DNA from: Klebsormidium nitens
Taxonomy: Eukaryota; Plantae; Klebsormidiophyceae
Direction of reading: 5' to 3'
NCBI GenBank assembly: GCA_000708835.1
Contig: DF237147.1
Location: forward strand, 1-64,000
Length of the DNA: 64,000 bases
Under the pieces are notes generated by a model. That model did no database searches, had not been told where the DNA came from, and saw nothing but the letters and a program-made list of their open reading frames with translations. This document shows positions 49,100 to 62,556 of this stretch, one piece after another; the first letter of the stretch is position 1, and each line of letters starts with the position of its first letter. The position numbers were made by a program, and so were the translations under genes.

Positions 49100-49987
49100 C
49101 GTGCCCGGGCGAGGAAGCGGAACAGCCAAGATTGACCCTGAGGCGTGCCAAATACTGCAACTTCAACTTGCAGTGCAACGGGCGCGGAAGGCACAGGATG
49201 GCAGCCTGAATCAGAAAACAAGTTTTTGGGAGGTCGAGGCGATCGAGTTGGACTCAAACTCTCGAGAGAAGCAGAGAGAGAAAGGAGAGAGAAAGGACTC
49301 GATCATCGCCACGCGGAGGGCCGGGACCGCCCCCGGCGAGAAATCTTGTGTTTCACAACAGCTTTCTTCGAGAAAGCTTCTAGGCAGGTGCACACTGAAG
49401 TGTGCACGCCTTATCCACTCAGACCAAAAGATATCTGGAACCCCCTTACACATGATGTCACTAAGCGACCGTTTGCCCCAGCCGGTCCCCGAGTAGGTCG
49501 CCGGGATCAACGTCAGCATGTCAGACAGTATAACCACGTGGTACGTACACTTGTGGTTGGCCATAACGTACATACCATTTTATCGAGCGACCATTTACCG
49601 GGCCAGATCACGAAATGAGTCGCCAGGTCAAAAGGATCGCGCAATTTGATGGTAGAGCAGGCCATGCATGGATGATGGATCATGGGAGTCACCCAGCCTG
49701 CCAGGCTGGCATCAGGCACTGCTTGCAGGTCAATGCGCGCACGCGCGCGGTCTAGCTGGGCCGCACCTGAGGCTAGCTAGCTGGTGGACAGCCTTCGGAA
49801 TCGGGATCAACCTGGAGCCTGAGGCAGCATGATGCTTCATACCGTATCAGGGCTGTCTAACGTGAACACCTACCTGCCTATCTTCGTGCTCACTGTTTGC
49901 GTCATCTTCCTGCTGCACCACCACCCATCAAGGATGCTGGTGTGAACGTGGGCTGTGGTCCAGGCTCTGGACCGGCAATGATGTAGA

Positions 49988-52900
49988 ATGCGCTTTTGCT
50001 GGGTGACTAAGCTCCCGTGGGGAGTCCGCTCTGTGAGGATGGCTGCGGCCAAGCATTCCACGAGTCTGAATCAGCTGATAGCTTCCCGCTTAGAGTCCAC
50101 AGCAGAGGGGTTGTCGGCATGGCGACTCTCATCCCGAAGTTCAGCAGCCAATGCAATGTACGGCGGCGTTCACTCAGCGTGGAAGCTTCTTGTACCTGGA
50201 TCACCAGCACGGCAGTTGCACCCGCTGGTGAAGGTGATTGGCCGCGGCCTGCAGCGCCGCGAAATGTCCTCTGTCCCCTTCTGTTTGGCAGAGAATAATG
50301 CAGTAGGAACGGGCCCCCTGGCAGTGCCTATTAGCCTGCCATCCACGAGTGCTTTGGAAGGCATGTCTCCAGTTGAGGCTGAACCTCACGAGTATGTGGT
50401 GGTCAACTTCTACCACCTAACCAACATTGCGGATCCCCTGGGGGAAGTTGACAGGCAGGCGGCATTCATGAAGGTGGGTCTCTGCGGAGTGGGGCCTGTC
50501 AGCATCCTTACGCCCCTGTGCCTTGATGCCTCCTTGCCCTGCCCAACAAGGATCATGCGCCACCGTAATCCTGGTAGGGCTAGATATGGCGTCCGGGTTG
50601 CACTCAAGAAGCTGAAGGTGTCTGAATAAACCTTCGACGGGAGGAAGTTTGACACCGAATTCGCATCAACAGCGCGCTCATGAAAATCGTCTTGCCAGGC
50701 GCCGCAGTCTCGCTGTTGCAGTAACAAGTAGCTCCGATCCTGTCCAGGAGCGGGACTTTCGGGGCCGTATCTACATCAGCCACCAGGGCATCAATGCCCA
50801 GTTCAGCAGCCTGGAGGGCGAGGCGCACGAGTATCGTCAGTGGTTGCAGGCAGACCCCCGCTTCCAGGACGTGCCCATTCAGATGGCGCGCGCGCCCGCG
50901 CATGCCTTCCCACGTTTGAAGTTGCGCTACAAACCTGACCTGGTCATGGTGCGGGGGGGGACCAGGCAGCTGCCGCTTACAGAGCCGCACGCCAGGTGAA
51001 GCAGAACAATCGTTTAGCCACTCAAAGTGTCAGAATACTGAGAAATTCGTTTCCTCTTTTACAATGGATGTATCCTTCAACGGTTTTTATGCCTGAACTG
51101 TGGAGAAACGTATGGATCTTGCGGTGCCTTGTTGCCTCTCTCCGACGCGTAACGAAACTTTGATCAACGACCCCCTTCAGTCCGGGTTCCCGTCCTGTCA
51201 TTGTGAATACACTCCTTTTCTCCTGTGCCCTGTCCAGGGCTGTCCCCCTCTCCCCTGCTCAGTGGCGCCGGAAGTTAGACCAGAGGAATGGGGACGCCAG
51301 TCAGCCCCGCAGCGAGGTGGACGAGAGCGGCAGTCCGACGCGGCAACTGCTGCTGCTGGACGTTCGGAACGGGTACGAGTGGGACGTGGGGCACTTCCAA
51401 GGGGCAGCCCGGCCAGAGGTGGACTGCTTCCGAGAGACCGAGTTTGGGCTCGCTGAGGGGGCGACGCCGCAGGTGAAGGTCTTCAGCCATAGCAGTTGAA
51501 GTTCCCTTCCTGTGCCTCTGAATCAATCTTGGTGGTGTGTCATCTCACGTTCTTATGAGACCTGCTCGGCACACGGATCCCACAACCCAATTCCCTTCAG
51601 TACATTCGATGATGTGTATGGCGGCCTCAACGGGGCATCGGCCTTGTTCTGGGGAAGATCTGCCAGGTTGAGCCTGGTCGCAGCAGACCGTCACTGGAGC
51701 TGGGACGCCGCCGCGCTGATTTGTGGGCTCGTGTGTGCAGGACCCACTGGCTGGGGTTGACCCGCAGAGCGTGGACGTCATGATGTACTGCACCGGGGGG
51801 ATCCGTTGCGACGTCTACTCGACCATGCTGCGGTGAGTCCGCAAGATTGGTGCTCTGCATGTGGACGCTGTACCGACCCGAGCATAAAGGACTTGACCGA
51901 GCTCGGAAGTCCTGTTTCAGAGCGGCACGGGGAGCGCTCTTGCCACACTCTTCTATCGATTGTTTCACACGATGCCTTTCGTTGCATATCGAGGACAAGG
52001 TTTATGGTTGGGGGCAAGTCCTGCTTACCTTGCACACTTGTTGAAGGAGACCAGTATTGAACGGCTGTGACTCCTTGCCAGTCCGCCGCAGGCAACAGGG
52101 CTTCCAGAACCTGTACACGCTCCAGGGGGGCGTCGTCAACTATCTGAAGGAGGAGGGGCCCCTTCACTGGAACGGCAACCTGTTTGTCTTTGACTCGCGC
52201 ATGTCGGTCCCGCCTGCTGAGGTCAGCCTGGGGGCCAGCGAGGCCGCCCGCCTGGCTGCCAGAGCGCGGGATGAAAACGGCGCCCAGGAAAGCGGCCAGT
52301 CTGTGTCGGACGCCGCCACGGAGCCGGAAAGAGCGACGGGGCTGCCCTGGGCATCGTGCAGGATCTGCGGAGCGTCAGCCACAGAACCGCGGCACCGCAA
52401 CTGCGCAAATGCAGACTGCAACATGCTATTCCTGTGAGTCACTCTTCGACCTCCCTAAGTTGCTACTATTGTTTGCTCTCCCGTCGTGCTGCGGGGACCT
52501 TTAGCAGTTCTCAGTTGACCCTCTGGCGCTTTCTCGAGACATCCGTATCAAAGAAGCCGTGCACGGCGTCGGTCCTTCCGCCTCGTTCCGCATAATCGCT
52601 TCGAGTGCGACGAGCCATGTCCGCGGTGCTGCTTGAGCTATCTCTGCAACGCTCCGAATTCTTTTTCCGGTCAAGCTCGCGGTTGCCCAGCCCCGACAGG
52701 CCCTCGCGAGCCGCTACCTCTCGCTGCGTGCAGTTGCTGTCCAGCATGCGCGGGGCAGCACCGTGGATGCTGCTCCGCTCTGTGCGCTGCCGGGCCTCGC
52801 CTGCGGCCCTTCCTGCACGAGGCGGGCCAGTACCAACGACTGCACAACTACGACATTGGACGGGCGGCGGCCGGAGGGCCGCTGAGCAAACGAGCAGTCA

Positions 52901-53037
52901 AGCGGAGGCAAGGGGCCGCCAGAAGACACGTAAGACAACCGAACTCACGGTTGGCGTCTACGTCTTGGCCTTGCTCGCTCCGGTATCTGTTTGTCGGATG
53001 CATAAGCAACCGAAAGTGCCCAGCTTCTCTCGGCTAA
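49988..53037 (+). CDS. TrhO/YceA (UPF0176)-type rhodanese-domain protein, probably plastid-targeted, 6 exons
   Basis: Exons 49988-50473, 50748-50995, 51238-51472, 51741-51832, 52092-52433, 52734-53037 in phase. VVNFYHL, RGRIYISHQGINAQ, LLDVRNGYEWDVGHF, MYCTGGIRC, LQGGVVNYL, WNGNLFVFDSR and a C-terminal Cys cluster. Start and last exon end less certain. Confidence 0.88.
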
Positions 53038-54361
53038 GAAAGGCGAAACGCGTCCTCATGCTCGCTTGAAGTCAAGTCAAATAACCTTGAGATTTTGGGC
53101 TGGCAGGCGCTCCGTGTGCTCGAGGCAGCCGGGGAGTACTCTGAGCAGGAGTGGTCCGCGAAGCAGCACGAGTCGAACGACGACGACACTACAGCTGAAA
53201 GCCTTCAGACGCCCGTGCTGCAACAGAGTGCATGAGGATGCAACACGTGTCCCGACTCGGAGCTCGAAGGGCACCGCTAAAAACAGCTTCTGGCGCACGT
53301 TGTCTCTCAGTGTATGTGCCCGAGCTTGATCTTGTTCACATGCTCGAGGATGCTTGCCTCTGAGTCAGGACTGTAAGAGACGCAGTATTGGAGGTTTGGA
53401 TCGAGAGCCAGGGCCCACAAGTGCTTCGCTTGAAAATAAGCACTATGCTCCGCGCTCTTGCATCCAAGCATATGTCGATTGGCTCAACAATTATTGCTAG
53501 CTTTTGATACCCCGAGGGGCAAGACGACCTGGGTCAACTTAACCAGACACACGTGACAAGACCCCCTTGAAGTCAAATGTTTAGCACATTGATTAGAGCT
53601 AGCTAGGGGTTTTTAGTCTGCAAGGATTTGTCAGAAGGGCTCAGCTGCGGACATGAATGTAGACGATGCTATAAGAGCATATTGAGATGAACTTGAAGAA
53701 CGCTAGAAGGTCTACACTATGATATAGGATGTTGCGCAGTGGTGCCATGTCAGCGGCCGCTATAGCAAGTCAATCAGCTCTCGCCGGCCGTCCATGTTCT
53801 AACAGCTCGCTAGTTGGCACGCATTCAGTCTGTATTACGTGTGGAGTTGTGCAAACGAAATGGTGATGCACTGATCCGATGGGGCAGAGGGTCAGAAACC
53901 CCCAAGTAAGTTGGCGGTTGCTCTAATTTTGTCCATGATCGACTGTGATCTCGAAACGTTACAGTTGTCTGTACGTACCAGTTCATGTGTATGTACGACA
54001 TTCATGTATACATGCAATATATCCGGGCCATCTGCAACAAACACACCGCAGTGCAGCTCTGTAGTCGCACATGTGTAAGGATTATAACATACGTCGCCAT
54101 TAATTCACAGAATCTACTTTGACGTATGACTTTGCATGATAGCATGCACTACGTATTCGGGTACATGCATACGTGAGACATATGCAATCGGGTTTGTCAC
54201 CCTTCATGGCTTATCGAGATCCTTCACAATGATGCATGGGCCGTCACGATTAGAAGCACTGATGATGACTAGCAAAACCACGGCAACCCAGAACATGCAC
54301 CTCAAATCTAGATTCGTGCTATCTACAGACGATTGGTTCAACTGAGTCCAAGTCCACTGTA

Positions 54362-56453
54362 CTATACACTAGGTAATTGTACGTCTTTTAGCATCCAAAG
54401 CCCCTCGACTTTATCCACGTCTTGGCCCTTTTGAAGCGCCAAGAAATGCAGGCCTTGGGCCGCCTTCTTGGCCTCCTCCCACGCAACAGCTTCCTGATCA
54501 GTCTGCTTTGACCGCTTATACGTCGCATACCTCCACCTTTGTGCGACTCCAACGTTTAGAATAACACAGCCTCTTTGCTGGTCCACCTCTAAGCAAGCCA
54601 ACTCTAAAGAGGCCATGCGCGCTGCAAAGAAGGAAGAGGAGGTCATTTCCAAACCATGATCTATGAGCAGTTTGATATGTTTTGGGGAACATGACCAGAG
54701 TCTCAACCAAGACAACCTACCTCCTTGCTCACTGTAGGCTCGGAGCGTCAAGTCCGACGTGATCTTCTCAGCAGCACAGTAAGGATGGGGTCAGCTCACC
54801 GGCCACCGCGGGTGCTCTCCTGGTGAAGACCACCAGTCCCGGCACCAACGCATCATCCGGCAGGTCCACCCCGTTGTCCTCCAAGGACAAGACATCCCCA
54901 AATACCCGACGCGACCGCACCGCCGCGGCTTCCTCAAGGAGACCTGCACAAAAGTAAACAACATGTCTTCAAGCTACTTCAGGAGAATCTTAGGGCCAAC
55001 TGGTAGTAACATGCTATGAAATGAGTTATGTTCACTCATACTGCGTTCTTGAGCAGGGCCGCCAAAGATCCACCAAAAAGTCACACAAACGCCTTGTGTG
55101 TCTCCCTAAAGGTACGACGAGTAGAGTGTTAAGGTACCTGCAACTGGCAACTCCACGAACGCCCATCTCTCCCCCACCAGGTCCTCTGGCAGTGGCTCCG
55201 GCTGCGGAGGATCCAACATGAACAGCGGTGTGGCTGAGTCCTGGTATCCTGGCTCCTTAGAGTACACAGTCTCAACACGCTCGTCCAGCCACTTCATCAA
55301 AGTGTTCACCTGCAACCCAGGGGAGGCCATCATTTAGTCGCGACCTCATGCAATCTGATAGCCGTCAGCACATGCCAGAGTAAGCTTCAAGTAAGGAATG
55401 TACAATGGGGCAGCACAAGGGACCTATGTCAAATTTCCATGGAGTGCTTCACACAAATGTCTGCGAGTGGCTCCGACGCTGCCTACCCGCTTGCTTGGGA
55501 CCGCTTTGATGTTCAACTCATCGCATGCCCTAGAAATGATTGTCTGCATCTGGGATCTGCAAGGTTCAGCAAAAATTGATCAGATGACAGAACGGTCATC
55601 AGAAGCCCGCCCAGAGATCAACTAAGCCGCACTGCATTTCAGAAGATGCAATCCATGAAAGTTGGTGCGCGCTGCGCTAAATCTCAGGGCGAGGACTTTA
55701 CAGGGGTCATCTTGGCTTAATATGTTTTCAAGCGCCACTGTGGCATCACAAAGCACAGCAATGCACAAAATTCTTGAGTGCACCAGCCTTCAAATTGGCA
55801 ATCACCATTACCAGAAGTTAGAGTTTGACGGGGAAAGCGCTGGTATGTGCAGCTTACCGAAAGTACTTTATTGTCCGAGGCTTCGGAATGTCAAATTTGT
55901 CCAGGATGTCTTGCAGGGCTTGTCGCAAGCTTCCGCTGTTAATAACATTATTAGGAAAGTACTGGGCATACTCAAACCTGCGGGCGCCGTCACAAATTAG
56001 CAGCTCCCAGACCTTCTTCCCCCTCTCATCTACAATTGGCCGAGAGCAAAAATCTAGTTGCCACTCCGTAATGTCACTCAAGTCCTCGCCCTCATCCTCA
56101 AACTCCTCCTCCCCCTCTTCCGCAGCCCCCCGTGCCGCCTCTTCCTCTGCTGCAGCAGCCACTCCCGTGCTGGGACCAATCACCCTTGCAAACACACCAT
56201 CTTTCCTCCGACCCCTGTGCGAGGAGGTTGACTTCCACTCGCAGTGTCCGCCTATACTCTGTGAGATGCGATTCTGACCCACAAAACTCTCGCGGCCCCG
56301 TCTGCGCTGCCGTGCCCCTGAACAGCAGACTGGGCTGCGCCCAGGATGCAGCACTTGTAATTGACCTCTAGTGGAGGTACTTTGGACCCCACTCAAACTC
56401 CTCTGACAGGGCAATGCAGCGCCGTGCCACCTCTGCAGGAGCACCTCCGCCAT
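54362..56453 (-). CDS. TAB2: Tab2/ATAB2 family chloroplast RNA-binding translation factor, 5 exons
   Basis: Exons 55858-56453, 55487-55556, 55138-55309, 54800-54943, 54362-54621 in phase. [81 protein letters not shown]. Confidence 0.93.
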
Positions 56454-57333
56454 GGGGTCCAAGTTGGCGTCGACCAGGCGTCGACCACAGCACCTGGAAG
56501 GGCAGGAGGCAGGAGGCAGGAGACCGTATGAAGCAGCGCTCTTGTTCTGCTGCCTCCTGACCCCTGCAGTAGAGTCCTGGGCTCTAGCTCCTCCTCCGAG
56601 TCAGAATGATGATGTACGTTTAATATTCCATTTCCTTTCTTTCAAGTTGAAGCCATCTCTGCCGACTATTTCCTGACGTATATACATACCGTCAACCCAG
56701 AAGCTGTAACCCAGGTAGATAGACAAATTAGACCGAATTTGTCGACACTATATCTGGCATGTTGCTCGGTAGATGCTGCAAATTGGTATACTGGTATACT
56801 GTATTTTGCAGCTACCGATCGTTTTTTCTCAAGCACCGATTGCTCGTTCTCCGACGATATCGAGTTTTAACTTACTCTTGAGCCTGGGGCTAGTTCAACC
56901 AAGCTGAAGAAGACATCAATTTAAATTTGGGTCGGGTGACTTTGCGCAGACGGGCCACGGCTGCATCTGTCTGGCAGTGGCATTGCAGCACGATGCAGAG
57001 TGGCAGCAGCAGGTCAGATCAGTCGGATTCTGATCATGCAGGGGGAAGCTGCGCAGCCCTCGAACTTCAAACGCTCCTCATTTGCACCTTCGACGTCCTA
57101 CCATAGGTATCAAGGGGGCCCCAAGCAAGTGACCTTCAATGTGGCACCACTTGCCGCATCAGCGTCGGCTATCCACGGTTTCCATAACTCCAGCCTGGGG
57201 CTTGATCAGAATGAGCTGAATTGCCGGTGGAAGCTTCTCTTGCTGCCATCATGTGTCAATTCTTTTGGCACCACTCACCTCCGGTGCTGCTTCCATAGAG
57301 CCAGGTTGTTCAGGCCCAGCTCTGACTTTCCCT

Positions 57334-60300
57334 ATGGCTTCTTTCAAAGACTACTTGGTTGTGGAGGGTGGCGCTGTCCAAAATGAAGGAGAGTTGCGCC
57401 CAGAGTCGCCAGCTTCGAGGGAATCAGCAGCAGACCGGTCAAAGTTGGACATGGAGACGTCAGTCTCTTTTCAGGTCTATGATGCAGAACCGCAGCTCAC
57501 TCCACCAGATTGGTTCCAAAACCAGGGGGATGCAAACACCACTCCCGAGCTCAGCTTGGTTAACGGGCTGCCTGAAGCTGCAGCACCTGCGATGGAGGAC
57601 GAAGAGGGGGGCTCTCTGTACAACCTCTTAGTCCTGTAAGCTTCTTCCAGGGGTTTCAGATGTTAATTCATTGCTCAAGGAATCTGCCTGAGGGAAGGTA
57701 TTTGCAATTCTGGCACAGGGATTTCTTTCACACTCGCTTAAACTTTGGAAAGAATGCAGCTTTTGGAAAAGGGCTTCCCCTTCTGAAGCTAGCACTTTCA
57801 TGTGCAGGTCCATGGGTTTCTTCTTCATGTTCAGCGCTTACAACACTCTCGGGGTAGGTTGCGCAGTCCACTAATTTGGGTTTTCTCGATTGTCAAATCA
57901 GGGCTAACAATGCACCAGCTACATTGGTGATGGGTGCATCTTGCTTTGACAAACTCTCACTTACAAAACTCACTTCCACCTTGAAAAGCTTGCTTAGTTA
58001 TTGTCATCCCTTCCTTGTGCAGGAATTTGTCACTTCAGTGTTGCCTGATTCGCTGGGTGACAAATCGATGCTGCTCAATAGTTTCGTACAGTCCGTAGCT
58101 GTCTTTGCCGCCCCCGGCGTGGTAGCAACTACCGGCGAGGCACGTTCAATGGCCTTGGGTGGCCTTACCTATGTTGTATATATATCCAGCTTGATAACAG
58201 GCCTGCCAACGGCCGTGCTGACAGCCAGTGCGTTGCTTGGCTTGGGCTCCTCGATTGTGTGGGTTGCGCAGGCAAGCTTTCCTCACCCAACTGATTTTCG
58301 AAGTCATTAGCGAACACCATTTTGAATAGCAAAACATCTTGGTTAAAGCGAATACTTGTCTGAAGCATCATCTGATTAGCCTCTTCTATCTTGCTCAGCG
58401 GCCGAGCCGTTGGGGTTGCTCATTATTTGTTAGGTTGTTGACCAGGGCATCACCATCTGTGCTCACTGCTGACAACTGTTTTGTTTGGCATCAACGCAGG
58501 GGAGCTTTCTGACTCGATGCTGCCCGGCAAAGCTGCGCGGGGCATACAGTGGAGTGTTCTACTGCTTCTATTTCTCTTCCAACATCTTGGGGAACGTGGC
58601 AGCCTACTATGCCTTCAAGCTGTGAGCTAAGCACTAAAAACCAGAAGTAGCAGCTTTTCCATCAAGTCGCATCTTGCGGAGATTGCCGAAATACGAGATT
58701 TTTGGTGAGGATTTTCTGACAAAAAACAGCAAGAGATGAAGTCAGAGATCGATTGAGATGACATGATATTACCTGTAGATGGTGCTTTGAGGAAGTACAG
58801 CTGAAAGACACACGTCCATTCACTGCCCATCTATGTGCGCTCATAAGCTTTAGGTTTTTTTTCATTTAGTGGAGGGAGATCAGGTCACTCACCTTGCACA
58901 CTGTGGCTGTTGTTGCAGGTTGAATCTGCAGACCATGTTCTCCCTGTTTGCGGTGGTTGCCATGCTGGGCGTGCTTGTCCTGCTCCAGCTTGTGGAGTTC
59001 CCGGCCACATTAGCCATAGCAAACCCACAGGAGGAAGAAGAGTCTGCCCTCGACCAATGCAGCGGCAGTGAGAGCGAGGGTGCAGAGTCTGAAAGTGAGC
59101 TTGATTATGCTGAGGAATACGTGGAGGAGGAGCCTGATGTCCAGGCCGGTGAGAGCGCCGAGTCGCTACCTGACAGCAGGCGGGATAACAGCCCGCAGTC
59201 TCGAGTGACCACACTGCTAATCTACAGCCTGCTGGCACCCATGAGCTTCTACACCGGCTTTGAGGTGAGCATCGGTTCAGACAGATCTGTAGCGCATGGA
59301 ACAGATTCTTTTAGAGGTAATCGTGAGAGGTTGAAGGTCATGTAAGTGGACTTTCGAGACGTCATATGTTGCTTTCAAATCCCTTTCCGTTTGTCCTTCT
59401 TCCGTCGCGACCTGGACCAGATCAGAGTTCGTGGTTATCAGAACTTCTTCTAGCTGTGCAATGGACCTGCTTAACTTAGTGACACATGCTTCTTCAGTCC
59501 TGATACGACCATCTGGTGCAGGCTTCGTTCTGGTCGGCCCAGTTCACGAAACTGATTCCTCCCGAGACGATTGGACTGGTGAGTAGAGAACCGCTACGCA
59601 GGCAGCTTTTTCGTCCTGCTGTCACGGTCACTCTCTTGATGTATTTCCGAAGGAAAACATGGCCACTTGGTTGGCATGCCTTGCCAGCTTCCAAGTCGCC
59701 CCTACTCTCGACCTTCAAAGCACACGTTCTGCTTTGGCGGGGTGGTCAAGCTGTTCGGGGCTGTTTACTTTCACGCCCTTCTCTTTCCCTGACTTTTCGC
59801 TCGCCTTCCAGGTCCTTGCTGTGACCGGCATTGGGGAGGTGATTGGCGCTCTGGGGCTCGGCATGGTGTCCGATTGTTTCGGACGGCGGGCTCCCACCTT
59901 TATCGTGGGCTCCCTTATGTTTCTCTACGGGCTCTACCTCTGCATACCCCTCTACGAGGCGGCCAAGCTGGTGAGACTCCGCACAAACAACTGCGCGCGA
60001 CCCCTCCCGGCCGCCCCTTCTGGCCCGCTCACTTGTCATGCTGGTCTCCAGTTGCTGCCTAGTCCCTCAAACGGCTGACGCTCATCTTGCGGTGCCTCCC
60101 AGGATGAGCTCCTCGAGCCCACGCTCCTCGGCGCTCCCGTGGTGGCCTACATCAGCGGCTTTGCGTTTGGGGTGGGCGACGGGGTCTTCAATAGCCACAT
60201 GTGAGCCCAGCGCTGGCCGCATTGATGCATCCCCAGCTCAATCCCTGTCTCTGTCGCGAAAATCTGCACCTCAGCCTTCACTTGGTTGTTGTGTGATAAG

Positions 60301-61321
60301 CTCTTGATTTCTTTCAACGGCGCCACTTGACGACGAAGAGAGCCCCAAGGAGCTTGCAGCGGCTCGCTTTGCGGTCTGGTTATAACGTCCTGATTCCTGA
60401 CACGTGTTGCTTTCTTCTTCACTCAGGTTCACTGTCATCTCGAGCCTCTTCTCTCCCGAGGACTTGGAAGCGTGGGCTCTGTTCAACCTCCTTGGGGTAA
60501 GAGACTCGTTTCTCCGCGACATGCCAGGTTGTCCTGCTTCTGAGCTGCGATTGAATTGAATCGTGTGAGTGCGCACCACTGTTTGCTTCGACACTCATGG
60601 CTCCTTGTTGTTTGCAGACCCTCGGTTCGGCAGCGGCCTTTGCGTACGGCATTGCGAAGCCAATGGATGGACCCGGCAGAAGCTTGACGCAGGTGAGGTG
60701 GCAGGCTCTAGGATCTAACCCTGGTCTTTACTGGCCCTTGCCGTTTCTGTCAGGCACACCGTGCTCGTAAGCGGTGCGGGAAGCTTGAACTTCGGATGGC
60801 GGAACAAGGTTGGAATGTTTTGTCACAAAGAGATGGGCACATCCGTGACTTCTCAAGAAGCTCGGTGCCCGGTCGCAAAGATATTACAGGAACCCCGTAG
60901 CCCACTTCTTCTTTTAGGGGTTGTTCTCGCTAAAGCATCTTGGTCCAAATGATGTTCTCTGTTTACACGCCGTAGCCACCTGGGCATAGGCTTTATATGG
61001 CACACAGATAATTTTGTATGTTGTTATCTATGATCCTTATTCAATGGGCCTTCTCACACAATCGAGCTTGGGGCGCTTGACCTATCACAGCAGTTTCTTT
61101 CGACCGAGCCCGTGGCGGGGGTTCTAACGGCAACTTACCAAGCCTCCTCGCAGTTATCATAAGAACCTTCTAGTTATTAGAAATTGCCAACCTTTGCCTT
61201 GCAGGTTTACACTCAAGCAGGTATTCTTATAATAGGTACGGTCTTGTACGTGGTAGTTGACACGTTACTGGTGCATTGGCAGCGGCAAGAAAGTTCAGAC
61301 GACAACAAGAAAGATAGTTGA
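57334..61321 (+). CDS. UNC93-like / MFSD11-type MFS membrane protein, ~11 exons
   Basis: LSMGFFFMFSAYN, MALGGLTYVVY, LLGLGSSIVWVAQGSFLT, YSGVFY..Y.SSNILGN, an acidic central loop, GLGMVSDCFGRR, FAFGVGDGVFNSH. Last exon 61205-61321 ends in TGA. Confidence 0.82.
58272..58499 (+). other. GC-AG intron in the UNC93-like gene
   Basis: Donor CAG|GCAAGC joins IVWVAQ to GSFLTRCC in frame. Confidence 0.85.
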
Positions 61322-61912
61322 CACGTGTTTCATAATCTTTCAGTCATCTGGTGCAATCTTGCGGTTGCGCTGGCGTGGCTGAATAAACGAGCTGCCGAAG
61401 GAGTCCAATATCTCTTTTAGCAGGCAAGTGCTTGCTTGGATGAACTATGCTTCTATGCAGCTCGGATCTCACAGTTAGCATTAGGACTGAAAACAACGGT
61501 ACATAGCACTTCCCTTCCTGCCCAAACGATTAAGCGAACGGCTGAAATAGCCGGTGGTCTAGGTTGCAAGCATCCGTCCCCATGTGATTGTTTTGCATAG
61601 CGTAGCCATTTAGCAACTTCAATAAGCTGCTTGCTAACCATATAATACTTGCATGCAAAGGAAACAATTGTCACTAAGATGCAGGATCAGACAGGACCGT
61701 CGATTGTTGCATGCTAAAACGTAAAGTAGAATGATTGACCTCGTCGGCAATTAGTTTCTATCTTGAAGGATGTGATCCATGATATTATATAGATTACAAA
61801 TGTCATGCATGCATGGATCGTAACGGACTCTCCTGTCAATGCACGCGAGCCATTGAATTGCCTGCATGGTCAGCGCCATTTTGTATGGCTCTCGGTTCGC
61901 AATGCATCCAAT

Positions 61913-61952
61913 TAATGTCAGTTTAACATGTCTAATGTCAGTTTAACATGTC
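61913..61952. repeat. Perfect 20-bp tandem duplication
   Basis: TAATGTCAGTTTAACATGTC twice. Confidence 0.95.
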
Positions 61953-62556
61953 CGACAGGTCGGATATACATATACGACCTTGTCTATTTCTGCCAGTCAA
62001 TGATGACCATGTCCGCGACATGAACCACTTAGTATACATACTAGGTACATATTCCCATGTCAGTGTGAGGCTAATTCTTATCATATTGTGGATCTAGGTA
62101 TACAGGCTTTGACCTCATGCTTCGTGGCTGCTTATCTAGATTTGATAAAACAAATAGCATTGCGTGCGGACGCCTCAGCCTGGTTGCACGCATCCTGGGT
62201 CACGCCTTTGTGGTTCAACAAGGTTATTGATTGGTTGCAGACTCGTCCTACTTGACTGGGTAAGAGCGTAGGAGGGCTGGCGCAGCCACACTCATTCAAA
62301 TCATTTAACAAAATAGAATCTGTACTGCAGGAGCGGGATACTAGTGCAGGCTTGCTGTCTGCAATGACGGCACTCAACCTTTCTGCAAGTCTGGGCTTAC
62401 AGAAACACAGCTTATCCACAGCTTATCAATCAAAATCCAGCCTGACATCTGTACCCATGACCACCACCTTAATCAACGCTTCAAGTCACGACTCGAGGTA
62501 ATCAATGACTATACTGCTTGCTGCAAAATTCACAGTGGACATACTGCTTGTGGATA

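Noticed and set aside
15515-53069. Many 100-260 aa ORFs antisense or out of frame to the called genes
   Set aside because: Stop-poor shadows of GC-rich exons; no independent motifs.
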